64,000 bases of DNA from an uncultured Pseudomonadota bacterium. GTDB lineage: Bacteria; Babelota; Babeliae; Babelales; RVW-14. The position numbers were made by a program, and so were the translations under genes. Position 1 is the stretch's first letter. Each line of letters opens with the position of its first letter. Below the pieces are notes generated by a model, which ran no database searches, was not told the DNA's origin, and was given only the letters and a program-made list of their open reading frames with translations. This document shows positions 27,706-38,089 of this stretch, piece after piece. The stretch spans positions 9,237 to 73,236 of the forward strand of contig CAZMQG010000002.1 of assembly GCA_964568625.1 (NCBI GenBank), in the 5' to 3' direction.

Positions 27706-28917
27706 ATGAATGGATCTTTTAGACTAGGCATGACGATTATGTTACTGTGTTTGATAAAGGTGCCTTTGGCTTTTGGTGGCATCATATTTTCAAACCGCAG
27801 TTCGTCGATGGTTGTCTTGCCTAGCGGCAAAATATATCTTGGACAGACTGATTCAATAAAAGGTTGGAGCCGAGAATCAATTGTCCAGGCTGTTGGAAAT
27901 AATTCGCCGTTTGATTGGGATCCTAGTTGGACAGGAGAGAATGTTGTTACTTTTGCAACAGCTCCAGTACCGGATTTACCCAAAAACCCTGGCGATATAA
28001 CTCTCAATGTTTATTACCATGAGTTAACGGAAGATCTATTTCTTGGTCCAAATCGAAATTTAATAATAGAACCGTCAGAAAATTCAGACTACACATTTAT
28101 AAATGGAAATGGGTATGCAATAAATTTGGCAGAGGGCTTCCAAAATTTAATTAAAATTGCGCCTGGCCAAACAGTAGAGATAGGCAATGCTGTTATAAAA
28201 AATTACGATGAATTTGGAATTTATTTTGGCTTAGGTTCTAGCCTAAGTTTCCTAAATTCTTCAATAGAGATAACAGATAATCGAACATTTTCTAAGCCGT
28301 TGAATCTCTCAGGAGAGGTTTCAATAAATGGATATGGATACACTGTAATTTTAAATTCTAGCTCAGGCATAAATGTAACAACAGGGCAATTGAGTATAAA
28401 TAATTTAACTTTATATGGTGTGCAGGGACAAAATGTAAGAAGTCTAAACGATAGCTGTAATATCATTTTACAAAACTGCAATATGTTCTTAACTGATGAC
28501 TACAGATTTAAGTTTGGTGGGTTGCAGATGATTGATTCGAAAATTTCAGGATTTCATGGTTTTAATTACGAATCATCATTAACCTGTTCAATTTCGCGTA
28601 CAGTTACACTTGATACAGGTGTGACATTTAGTTACAGTCCAATAACTGACAATCGTGATCTGATTTATATGGACAGCAGCTCAAGGCTTTATTTAAATGG
28701 ATGTACGTTAAGTTCATCTCTTACCGGAATGCGTTTGACTACAGGTACCGTCATAGTTGATGGTCAAAACAAGATTTATAATGATGGGGCCTTAAGTGCT
28801 TCACAGGCAGTAATGTTTGGATCTGGTGATGTAAGCAAAGATCTTGGAATTGAGATTCTTCCCGGGGCTAAACTTGAATTGATGTCTGGAATATTTGTTT
28901 ATGCGAATGTGGGTTAG
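27706..28917 (+). CDS. Secreted beta-helix-like scaffold protein without propeller insert (array member 0)
   Basis: ATG 27706 after GGGAG; signal peptide; INGNGY/INGYGY repeats; C-terminal half aligns with the scaffold of downstream genes. Confidence 0.7.
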   Translation: MNGSFRLGMTIMLLCLIKVPLAFGGIIFSNRSSSMVVLPSGKIYLGQTDSIKGWSRESIVQAVGNNSPFDWDPSWTGENVVTFATAPVPDLPKNPGDITLNVYYHELTEDLFLGPNRNLIIEPSENSDYTFINGNGYAINLAEGFQNLIKIAPGQTVEIGNAVIKNYDEFGIYFGLGSSLSFLNSSIEITDNRTFSKPLNLSGEVSINGYGYTVILNSSSGINVTTGQLSINNLTLYGVQGQNVRSLNDSCNIILQNCNMFLTDDYRFKFGGLQMIDSKISGFHGFNYESSLTCSISRTVTLDTGVTFSYSPITDNRDLIYMDSSSRLYLNGCTLSSSLTGMRLTTGTVIVDGQNKIYNDGALSASQAVMFGSGDVSKDLGIEILPGAKLELMSGIFVYANVG

Positions 28918-28986
28918 TTTAACGTCAACTTGATAATTTCAACATTTGATTACATGAATTTGGATAATATATCTGGAATAGTTTAT

Positions 28987-29024
28987 TGAGCCCGCCGTAG
29001 CGCACTAGCACGAAGGTGGGCTCA
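28987..29024. repeat. GC-rich palindromic hairpin upstream of the propeller genes
   Basis: tgagcccgcc-N18-ggtgggctca (10-bp stem, one G-U); core resembles 8082-8107 and 59168-59194. Confidence 0.65.
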
Positions 29025-29142
29025 GCCCAAATATATTTTAGGGTCAATTTAAATAATTATCCCTGTAGGTAAAGTGTATTGAAATATAAAAATTTCTGTT
29101 CAAAATCGATCATGACAATTTCATGTCAGCTGGAGTAGTAGT

Positions 29143-32100
29143 ATGAAATTTCTGGTAACTGTATTTTGTTTTGTTTTAAATTTTTTGTTTTTTATTCAAC
29201 ATATATTTGCAACTTCTATTGATGGAACAACTTCGGTTAAGTACCTGACTACAAACCAGGTTTTTAGGAATGGAGAATATGCACGAGGATATGTAAAACT
29301 TACATCAGGCGCAACAATATTAGAGAATGCAGGGGTATTTTTTGATATAAATGAGCTACTTTCCGGAGGACTTGATTTACGTTCTACCGGTACATTGAAT
29401 CTTCAGAGTGATCTTCATCTTGATCCAAATTTTACACTCTCAGGAAGTGGTATCATCTGTGGTAATAATAAAACTATTTTCATGAATGAAAATCTAACTA
29501 TTCCGGATAATTCTGTTATTCATATAAATTCAAATACGATAATTGATGGGCAGGGTAAGGATTTGATTTTTGGGAGAAGAAGTAAGCTTTTTGTGGACAC
29601 AAACGTGACGTTGACACTACAAAATATGCGAATTATACAAAACTTTAATGATTTCTCTGATCCATGTATCAGACTTGCAGCGTTTCAAAGTAAGCTCGCT
29701 TTAAACGATGTTGAGCTTGCATTGTCACAAGATTTTTTGTTTTCGCAGGGCCAACTTTTTGTTCATGGGGATGTAGCAATAACTGGATCGGCAGCTTTTG
29801 TATACAAATCTACCCAACATAGCTTTATAACACCGGATAGCAGATTCTATTTCGATGTAGGAACGACTTTTTCAGTTACTCCCGCAACAATAACAGACTG
29901 CAAATTTGATCAGACCCCATCTTACATATCAAATAATTTCATTTTAATGTCAGATCAAACATCAAAATTACATTTGAATGAATGTTCTTTACAAACTACG
30001 CTAACAGGTTGCAGATTTACGAAAGGAACTGTTGATTTTGATAATAAATGTTTTTTAAGAAGTAATAGTTCAATCACCCTAGCTTCATCACCATTGAATA
30101 TTTTAGCTTCTAAGCTTCTTTCTCTAGCTGCTTCTACGGATGATTTTCCAAGTAGTGTCTCATGGTCCCCTAATGGAAGTTATTTGGCCGTGGTAAGTAA
30201 AAATGCAAATTCATTACAGATTTTTAACTCTACCACACTTGTCCAGATCGGTAGCGATGTAGTTACCGGATCTTCTCCAGTCTCTGTTTCATGGTCAAAT
30301 ACAAGTACACAGCTTGCCGTTGCAAATTCCGGAGATAACACTGTCAAAGTATTTAATTTTACGGGATCTACGACACCATCTCTTTCAGTAAGCAAATCTA
30401 CCGGAACAACTCCATCGTGTTGTGCTTGGTCGCCTTATGGAAGTTATGTAGCAGTAACTAATTCAGGTTTAAATAATTTGCAAATTTTTAAAGCATCGAC
30501 TTTAGCGTCGATTGGAAGCGTTTCTACAGATATAACTCCATCATCTGTTGCCTGGGCACCGGGTGATAGACTTTTGGCTGTAACCAATTCAGGTTCAAGC
30601 ACTTTGCAAGTTTTTTCATTTAGTGGATTTGGAAATCCAGTACAAGTAGCAAGTGGGGGTACAGGTTTTGGCCCTTCATCTGTTACTTGGGCCCAAAATG
30701 GAATGTTTTTAGCGGTTGCTAACAAAAATTCTGATACAGTGCAAACATTTTCATTTAACAGTAGTTACGCATTGAGTCTTATTGATACGACTTTAACCGG
30801 TGATGAACCTGTTGCAGTGGCTTGGAAGATTGATGGAACTTCTTGTGGAATTTTAAATTATACTTCAAATACCTTACAAACTTTGCCATTCAATAATCAA
30901 AGTGCATTGGCTAAAGTGGGTAGTGATGTGAGTACTGGGACTAATCCAGTTTCGGTCTCATGGTCATATGATAGTAAATATCTTGCAACAGTTAAACGAG
31001 GAGATTCTGGTCCATTAGTACAAGCATTTTCATTTACTGGGACCACTCCAAATTTACTAGGTTCTGCGGCTACCGGTAGCGCTCCCTCTTCAGTATCATG
31101 GTCTTCGCAAGATAAATTATTAGGAGTGGTTAATCAAGGTTCTAACACATTACAAATATTTTCAGTTGGAGGTTCTACTCCAACTCAAATAGGAGGTTAT
31201 GCAGACACAGGGACTTGGGCTTATCCAGAATCAGTATCATGGTCACCCAATAATAATTTTATTGCTGTAGCAAATTACAGTGCAAATACTCTACAAGTAT
31301 TTGCATTTAACGGTTCTAGCACTCCAACTCAAGTTGGAGGTAATGCTACAACTGACACTGGTCCAAGATCGGTATCATGGTCTCCAACTGCCAACTTCAT
31401 TGCGGTAGTTAACCAATCCAACGGTACGTTACAGGTATTTTCATTTGATGGGTCTAGTACTCCAACCCAGGTTGGTGGTAATGTAATAGTTGGCGTTGAT
31501 ACAATGTCTGTAACATGGTCGCCTGATGGGAACTTTATTGCGGTTATTAATAGCCCTTCATATCCCACTCTTGGAAACTTAAATATATTTTCATTTGATG
31601 GAATAAATACGCCAGTTCAAGTTGGAGGTAGTGCAAATACGGGGAACACTCCGATGGATGTCAAATGGTCACCCGATGGAAGTTTTATTGCCGTAGCTAA
31701 CATGAATTCTCATGATTTGCGAGTGTTTTCATTTGATGGAATTAATACGCCAACTCAAGTTGGAGGCAATGCTGCCGCAGGGACTTATCCAACCACGCTG
31801 TCTTGGTCATCGGATAGCCAATTTATTGCTGTGGGAGCAAGATTCTCTGCATCAGTTGGTAAATTGGAAATATTTTCATTTGATGGTATTAACACTCCAA
31901 CTAAAGCTGTCAGTGATGTATCACTCAGTGAAGTTCCGAATTCCTTATCATGGTCCCAGACTGGTGATTTTATTGCCGTGGTTTCGTATGCTAACGTATT
32001 ACAAGTATTTTCATTTGATGGCATTAACTCACCAACTCAGGTGGGTAGCGATGTAGGCGTTTGGTCTAGCCCTACATGTGTAGCTTGGTCTCCTAATGGT

Positions 32101-34047
32101 AATTTTATTGCTATGGTTGCGGCGTATGGTAAGTTGGGAGTATTTTCATTTACGGTAGCACCAGTTCAGGTCGGAATTGTATCTACAGATAATGGTCCGA
32201 TTTCAGCATCATGTTCTCCAGTAAGTAATTTTATTGCTGTAGTTAATTCTATAAATACGTTACAGGTGTTTTCATTTAATAGTTCCAGCACTCCAATTCA
32301 AGTAGGTAGCAATGCAGCTACAGATTTATACCCGGACTCAGTATCATGGTCGGCAGATGGCAAATTTATTGCTGTAGTAAATTACAGTTCACATAACCTA
32401 CAAATATTTTCATTCAACGGTTCTAGCACCCCAACTCAAGTTGGAAGCAATGTTACAACCGGACTTAATCCGTCTTCAGTATCTTGGTCTCCAACTTCCA
32501 ATTTTATTGCGGTAGTTAATCAAACCAGTGGGACGTTACAAATATTTTCATTTAATGGAACCAGTACCCCAATCCAAGTTGGTGGAAACGCAACTACAAG
32601 CAGTACCCCAAAGTCGGTATCTTGGTCATCTGATGGGAGATTTATTATTGTTGCCAATTACGCATCAGACACATTGCAAATATTTTCATTTAACGGATAC
32701 GGTACGCCAACACAAGTTGGTACCAGTGTGGGTACAGGGCTTGCACCAATTTCTGCATCATGGGCACCAGATTCCAAATACATTTCTGCAGTAAATTTCA
32801 GTTCAAATACGTTACAAGTATTTTCGCTCAATGTTGTTGGAGACACTGATCCAATTAGCCAGACTCTTTCTACAAACAATGGACCCTCTTCTATTTCGTG
32901 GTCTTCATCTGGTTATGCGGCTGTTGTTGATTCTAATTCGGATACGCTGGAACTTTTTTTTGCACCCGGTTCTGACCCTAATCCTAGCTCGGTTTCATGG
33001 ACTGCAGATGGAAGATTTGTTGCAGTAGTGGGTAGAAGTGCAGGAATATTACAAGTATTTTCTTTTAATGGGTCCAGCACCCCAATAGTTGTAGGAAACC
33101 AAGTAACAACAGGTACAAGTCCAAATTCAGTCTCATTTTCATCTGATAGCAGATTTATTGCTTTAGTTAATCAAGGATCAAATACATTGCAGGTATTCTC
33201 ATTTAACGGGACAAGTACTCCCGTGCAAGTTGGTAGTAACGTAACTACCAGCACCTCGCCTAGCTCAGTAGTTTGGTCACCTGACGGTAAATTTCTTGCA
33301 GTAGTTAACTCGGGGACAAACAGATTACAAGTCTTTTCATTTAACGGATCAAGCACTCCAACGATAGTTGGTACTTATGCAACTACTGATACCAACCCAA
33401 ACTCAGTATCCTGGTCTCCTGACGCAAGATTTATTGCTGTCGCCTGTTCAGGAACAAATAGACTACAAGTATTTTCATTTAACGGATCAAGTACTCCAAC
33501 AATAGTTGGAAGTTATGCAACCACCGATCCCAACCCAAACTCAGTGTCATGGTCCCCTGACGGAAGATTTATTGCTGTAGCCAATTATGGATCTAATAGT
33601 TTGCAAGTATTTTCATTTAACGGATCAAGTACCCCAACAATAGTTGGAAGTTATGCATCTACCGATAGCAATCCCGACGCATTATCATGGTCTCCTGATG
33701 GTAGATTTATCTCTGTTGTAAATAGAACATCAAATACGCTTCAGGTTTTTGCATTTAATGGAACAAGCTCACCAACTCAAGTTGGAGACAGCTTCTCCAC
33801 AGGTACCACTCCTTATTCAGTATCCTGGTCTGCAGATGGCAGATTTGTTGCCGTTGTTAATTATGGCTCTAATACATTGCAGATATTTCAAGCGGATTAT
33901 ATAACCGATAGGACAACTCAAGCGATGTCAAATGGAATTGTATTTGGTAAATCTGTACTGGGTGTAAATTATGATCCATCGGTGAACCTATTAGCAGGAA
34001 GTAATGTTTTAATTGACGGTTTATTAAATTATGATTGTGTTATTTAA
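29143..34047 (+). CDS. Secreted scaffold plus WD40-like propeller protein, 28 blades (array member 1)
   Basis: Signal peptide, SIDGTTSVKY domain, 28 counted PxSVSWSPDGxFIAVV-type repeats, ends NYDCVI. Confidence 0.85.
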   Translation: MKFLVTVFCFVLNFLFFIQHIFATSIDGTTSVKYLTTNQVFRNGEYARGYVKLTSGATILENAGVFFDINELLSGGLDLRSTGTLNLQSDLHLDPNFTLSGSGIICGNNKTIFMNENLTIPDNSVIHINSNTIIDGQGKDLIFGRRSKLFVDTNVTLTLQNMRIIQNFNDFSDPCIRLAAFQSKLALNDVELALSQDFLFSQGQLFVHGDVAITGSAAFVYKSTQHSFITPDSRFYFDVGTTFSVTPATITDCKFDQTPSYISNNFILMSDQTSKLHLNECSLQTTLTGCRFTKGTVDFDNKCFLRSNSSITLASSPLNILASKLLSLAASTDDFPSSVSWSPNGSYLAVVSKNANSLQIFNSTTLVQIGSDVVTGSSPVSVSWSNTSTQLAVANSGDNTVKVFNFTGSTTPSLSVSKSTGTTPSCCAWSPYGSYVAVTNSGLNNLQIFKASTLASIGSVSTDITPSSVAWAPGDRLLAVTNSGSSTLQVFSFSGFGNPVQVASGGTGFGPSSVTWAQNGMFLAVANKNSDTVQTFSFNSSYALSLIDTTLTGDEPVAVAWKIDGTSCGILNYTSNTLQTLPFNNQSALAKVGSDVSTGTNPVSVSWSYDSKYLATVKRGDSGPLVQAFSFTGTTPNLLGSAATGSAPSSVSWSSQDKLLGVVNQGSNTLQIFSVGGSTPTQIGGYADTGTWAYPESVSWSPNNNFIAVANYSANTLQVFAFNGSSTPTQVGGNATTDTGPRSVSWSPTANFIAVVNQSNGTLQVFSFDGSSTPTQVGGNVIVGVDTMSVTWSPDGNFIAVINSPSYPTLGNLNIFSFDGINTPVQVGGSANTGNTPMDVKWSPDGSFIAVANMNSHDLRVFSFDGINTPTQVGGNAAAGTYPTTLSWSSDSQFIAVGARFSASVGKLEIFSFDGINTPTKAVSDVSLSEVPNSLSWSQTGDFIAVVSYANVLQVFSFDGINSPTQVGSDVGVWSSPTCVAWSPNGNFIAMVAAYGKLGVFSFTVAPVQVGIVSTDNGPISASCSPVSNFIAVVNSINTLQVFSFNSSSTPIQVGSNAATDLYPDSVSWSADGKFIAVVNYSSHNLQIFSFNGSSTPTQVGSNVTTGLNPSSVSWSPTSNFIAVVNQTSGTLQIFSFNGTSTPIQVGGNATTSSTPKSVSWSSDGRFIIVANYASDTLQIFSFNGYGTPTQVGTSVGTGLAPISASWAPDSKYISAVNFSSNTLQVFSLNVVGDTDPISQTLSTNNGPSSISWSSSGYAAVVDSNSDTLELFFAPGSDPNPSSVSWTADGRFVAVVGRSAGILQVFSFNGSSTPIVVGNQVTTGTSPNSVSFSSDSRFIALVNQGSNTLQVFSFNGTSTPVQVGSNVTTSTSPSSVVWSPDGKFLAVVNSGTNRLQVFSFNGSSTPTIVGTYATTDTNPNSVSWSPDARFIAVACSGTNRLQVFSFNGSSTPTIVGSYATTDPNPNSVSWSPDGRFIAVANYGSNSLQVFSFNGSSTPTIVGSYASTDSNPDALSWSPDGRFISVVNRTSNTLQVFAFNGTSSPTQVGDSFSTGTTPYSVSWSADGRFVAVVNYGSNTLQIFQADYITDRTTQAMSNGIVFGKSVLGVNYDPSVNLLAGSNVLIDGLLNYDCVI
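33334..33747 (+). repeat. Intragenic 138-bp (46-aa) tandem repeat, 3 near-identical units
   Basis: ttttcatttaacggatcaag recurs at 33334, 33472 and 33610. Confidence 0.85.
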
Positions 34048-34068
34048 AAAATTCGGGGAAATAAGAAC

Positions 34069-37000
34069 ATGACAATAAAAAAAAATCTACTTGGCTTTGT
34101 AGTAACTTTTTTGGTTATTCCACACACCTTGTTTCCTTCTTCTATAGATGGGACTACTTCAGTAAAATATCTTACGAAAAATCAGGTTTTTAGAGATGGA
34201 GAATACGCGCGAGGTTATGTAAAATTTAAATCAGGAGCAACAATTTTAAGTTCATGTAGTGCATTGTTTAATACGCAGGAACCGCTTGAAGGTGGACTTG
34301 ATTTACGTCAAACGGGAGCACTTAGTCTTGAGGGTCCCATTTATTTTGATTCTAATTTTACACTTTCTGGAAGTGGGATAATTAAGGGTAATGGGAAAAT
34401 AATTTTTTTGAATGGAAATTTGACCATTCCGGATAATTCAATAATTCATGTAAATTCAAATACAATAATTGACGGGCAGGGTAAAAATTTGATTTTTGGA
34501 AAACGGGGGAGAATTTTTGTTGATACAAATATTACATTAACGCTTCGTAATATGAAGATTGTTCAAACTTATAACGATTTTTCCGATCCGTGTATCAGGC
34601 TTGCGGCTCTAAGAAGTAATCTTACTCTTGATAATGTTGAATTGTCTTTGTTTCAAGATTTCTTATTCCCTGAAGGGCAACTCTTTATTCATGGCGATGT
34701 TGCCGTAACTGGAACTTCGGCCTTTATTTTTCAGTCTACTCAGCATACATTTATCGCTCCAGAAAGTACTTTTTACTTTGATATAGGAACCACATTTTCA
34801 GTTGTGCCTGCAACTATAACCGATTGTGGTTTTGACCAATGGCCTACTTACTCATCAAGTAATTTTGTTGTAATGACAGATGCAACATCAAGGTTATGTT
34901 TGAACGAGGCATCTCTATGTTCCACTCCAACTGGTTCTAGGTTTGCAAAAGGCACCGTAGAATTTGAAAATAAGTGTTTTATAAAAAGCAACAGTGCTAT
35001 TGATTTGCCGTCTCCTTATCTCGTTGATACTCTTCAATATGTACAAACCGGCAACTGGCCAGTTTGTGTGGATTATTCTCCTACCGGAAGTTATGTTGCG
35101 GTTGTAAATAGAACTTCAAATACATTGCAAATCTTTGATTCTGTTACATTGGCTCAAATTGGAAGTGACGTAATCACTGGAAATACACCCGTATATGTTT
35201 CTTGGTCAAATACAAGCACCCAAATTGCTGTTGCAAATTCAGGAGATGATACAGTTAAAGTATATAATTTCAATGGATCTAGTACCCCAACTCTTTCAGC
35301 AAGTGCATCTACAAATTCACAACCATCATGTGTTGCATGGTCACCTTATGGGAAATATATCGCTGTAACAAATTCAGGATCTAATTCTTTACAAGTTTTT
35401 AAATCAGATACACTTGCTCAAATTGGTAGCAATGCAACTACTGACAGCAACCCTTCTGCGGTTTCATGGGCTCCAGGCGATAGGCTTTTGGCTGTAACAA
35501 ATTCGACATCAGATACATTACAACTTTTTTCATTCGATGGGGTTGGCACACCGACACAAATTGCAAATCATGCTACAGATTCTACGCCATCATCCGTTTC
35601 CTGGTCGCAAAATGGAATATTTATATCTGTTGCAAATAAAATTAGCAATTCCACACAAATTTTTGCTTTTGATAGCACATACTCTTTAAATTTAATTGAT
35701 ACCATTCCCACTGATTATACCCCAACATCCATATCATGGTCTAACGATGGACGTTATCTCGCATTTGTTAATTATACCTCCAATAATTTGTGGTATGTAC
35801 CTTTTGTGGATCAAAGTTTACACACTAAAATTGGAAGTGATGTTGATACAGGTCAAGAGTTAACGGGTTTGGCATGGGCGCCTACGGAAGATTATCTTGC
35901 AGTTATATCCAAATGGGGAAGCGCATTGCAAATATATTCATTTGATGGGATAAATTCACCTGTATTGGTTCAAGCTAGCGGATCTCCATCTCCAACGGAT
36001 ATTGCGTGGTCTCCAACAGGAACATTTATTGCCGTATCTACAGATTACAATGGGAATGTTTACATATATTCGTTCGCGTCGGGGGTTTTGACTTACCGAA
36101 ATTCTTATGCAATTTCTGGTGTTACGCCTCAATCAGTATCATGGTCTCCATCCGGCGACTATTTTGCGGTAAGTGCATCCGATAGTAAATTATACATATT
36201 TTATTTCAATAAAATATCTTATGCATTAACTCTTGTTGGTAATACAAGCACAGCATCTTCATCTATTAATTCTGTATCTTGGTCTGCGCAAGAAGAGTTT
36301 ATTGCCTTGGCGGGTGGGTCCTCGGGTACATTGCAGATTTTTTCATTTACGGGTTCTAACCCCGTATTAGTTGGCAGTGTAAGTACTGGATCTAATTTGG
36401 AATCAGTGTCCTGGGCGCCAACAGGAGACTATCTCGCTGTTGCTGATTCAGGGTTTCCATCAAAACTGGAAATATTTTCATTCAATGGTTCAAATCCCGT
36501 TTTGATAAATAGTGTTAATGCAGCTCAGTGGATAAATTCAGTATCTTGGTCGCCTGATGGTAGATTTATAACCGTTTCGGATAGATATGCTTACATATTA
36601 CAAACATTTTCATTTAGTAGAAATGGAGATTTAATTCAGGTTGGTGATAATGTAGGCACCGGGTCAGGTTCTGAGCCACAAGTAGTTGCATGGTCTCCTC
36701 AAGGTAAGTTTGTTGCTGAAGTTAACTATTGGACAAAAACATTAGAAGTATTTTCATTAACGCAAGCCTCTGCTAAATTAGATGTCAGTAAAAAAATTAC
36801 TACCAACGTTAAACCTACCTCATTATCATGGTCACCAAATAATACAAATATTGCAGTTACTTCCAGAGACTCTAACGAACTACAAATATTCGAACTTGAA
36901 TATCCATCATTACTAAATCAAATTGGCGGAGGTGCTACAACCGGACTTCGTCCTACATCTGTATCATGGTCTCCTGACAGTAGATTTATTTCTTTAGTGA

Positions 37001-38073
37001 ACACTTATTCCAGTTCAATACAAGTGTTCTCATTTAATGGAAATGATTCCCCTATGTTAATTGATACAAAAACAACATTAACTGGGCCAAGTGGTGTTCA
37101 GGGCGTTTGGCCAACTGCAGCAGCATGGTCACCTGTTGGTAATTTTATTACCATAACAGCGGAAGGGAATCCTGTTCCATACCAGGGAAGTTCTTTGCAA
37201 GTTTTTGGATTTAATGGAGTTGATTCGCTAACAAGATTGGTAACTAAAGTATTCCCTTCAGAAACTCCAATAGGTGGGCTGGCTTGGTCTCCCGATGGCA
37301 GATTTTTTGCAATAGATACTTACGGGAGTATGATGAAAGTATATTCATTTAACGGAATTGATAATATTACTCAAGTTGGTAGCGATTTAATTTTAGGAGT
37401 TATCTATCCGGGAGCAATATCATGGTCACCGGACGGAAGATTTATTTCAATTGCAGCTCCAAATCTTTATTTGGGTAATGTATTTCAGATATATTCATTT
37501 GATGGAGTCAATACCCCAACAAAAGTTGGAAATGATGTTTCAACAGGAACATCACCGGCATCAGCAACTTGGTCTCCGGATGGAAGATTTATCGCCGTAT
37601 GTAACGCTTCATCGAATGAGTTGCAAATATTCTCATTCAATGGAACCGATACTCCCGTCCAAGTTGGGGGAAACGCAACCACTGAAAAAGGACCTTTTGG
37701 TGCGGTGTGGTCTCCATCAGGTAAATTTATTGCCTTAGTTAACTACTATGCTAAATCAATTCAACTATTTTCATTTGATGGAGCTAATACTCCAATATTA
37801 GTTGGAACAAGCTCAATAAACAACAATTCGAGTTCAATCTCCTGGTCGCCTGATGGGAAATTTATTGCGGTTGCTGAAGATGTTTCAGGAACCAATGGCA
37901 ATCTCAAAATATTTAAAATAAATCTTACCGCTGACAGAACTTTGCAAGCTATTTCAAATGGAGTTGTATTTGGAAATTCAAATATTGGGGCTACTTATGA
38001 CGCTACGGTTAAACTTTTAGCTGGGGCGAGTGTTAATGTAGATGGACTTGTAAATTATGATTGCGTCAATTAA
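34069..38073 (+). CDS. Secreted scaffold plus WD40-like propeller protein, 21 blades (array member 2)
   Basis: Same N-terminal domain, 21 counted repeats, ends NYDCVN. Confidence 0.85.
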   Translation: MTIKKNLLGFVVTFLVIPHTLFPSSIDGTTSVKYLTKNQVFRDGEYARGYVKFKSGATILSSCSALFNTQEPLEGGLDLRQTGALSLEGPIYFDSNFTLSGSGIIKGNGKIIFLNGNLTIPDNSIIHVNSNTIIDGQGKNLIFGKRGRIFVDTNITLTLRNMKIVQTYNDFSDPCIRLAALRSNLTLDNVELSLFQDFLFPEGQLFIHGDVAVTGTSAFIFQSTQHTFIAPESTFYFDIGTTFSVVPATITDCGFDQWPTYSSSNFVVMTDATSRLCLNEASLCSTPTGSRFAKGTVEFENKCFIKSNSAIDLPSPYLVDTLQYVQTGNWPVCVDYSPTGSYVAVVNRTSNTLQIFDSVTLAQIGSDVITGNTPVYVSWSNTSTQIAVANSGDDTVKVYNFNGSSTPTLSASASTNSQPSCVAWSPYGKYIAVTNSGSNSLQVFKSDTLAQIGSNATTDSNPSAVSWAPGDRLLAVTNSTSDTLQLFSFDGVGTPTQIANHATDSTPSSVSWSQNGIFISVANKISNSTQIFAFDSTYSLNLIDTIPTDYTPTSISWSNDGRYLAFVNYTSNNLWYVPFVDQSLHTKIGSDVDTGQELTGLAWAPTEDYLAVISKWGSALQIYSFDGINSPVLVQASGSPSPTDIAWSPTGTFIAVSTDYNGNVYIYSFASGVLTYRNSYAISGVTPQSVSWSPSGDYFAVSASDSKLYIFYFNKISYALTLVGNTSTASSSINSVSWSAQEEFIALAGGSSGTLQIFSFTGSNPVLVGSVSTGSNLESVSWAPTGDYLAVADSGFPSKLEIFSFNGSNPVLINSVNAAQWINSVSWSPDGRFITVSDRYAYILQTFSFSRNGDLIQVGDNVGTGSGSEPQVVAWSPQGKFVAEVNYWTKTLEVFSLTQASAKLDVSKKITTNVKPTSLSWSPNNTNIAVTSRDSNELQIFELEYPSLLNQIGGGATTGLRPTSVSWSPDSRFISLVNTYSSSIQVFSFNGNDSPMLIDTKTTLTGPSGVQGVWPTAAAWSPVGNFITITAEGNPVPYQGSSLQVFGFNGVDSLTRLVTKVFPSETPIGGLAWSPDGRFFAIDTYGSMMKVYSFNGIDNITQVGSDLILGVIYPGAISWSPDGRFISIAAPNLYLGNVFQIYSFDGVNTPTKVGNDVSTGTSPASATWSPDGRFIAVCNASSNELQIFSFNGTDTPVQVGGNATTEKGPFGAVWSPSGKFIALVNYYAKSIQLFSFDGANTPILVGTSSINNNSSSISWSPDGKFIAVAEDVSGTNGNLKIFKINLTADRTLQAISNGVVFGNSNIGATYDATVKLLAGASVNVDGLVNYDCVN

Positions 38074-38089
38074 AAAGAGCAGGAGAGGT

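Noticed and set aside
34036-34047. C-terminal DCVI/DCVN/DCVV of the array proteins as a CaaX prenylation motif
   Set aside because: The Cys is third from the end, not fourth, so it does not fit CaaX
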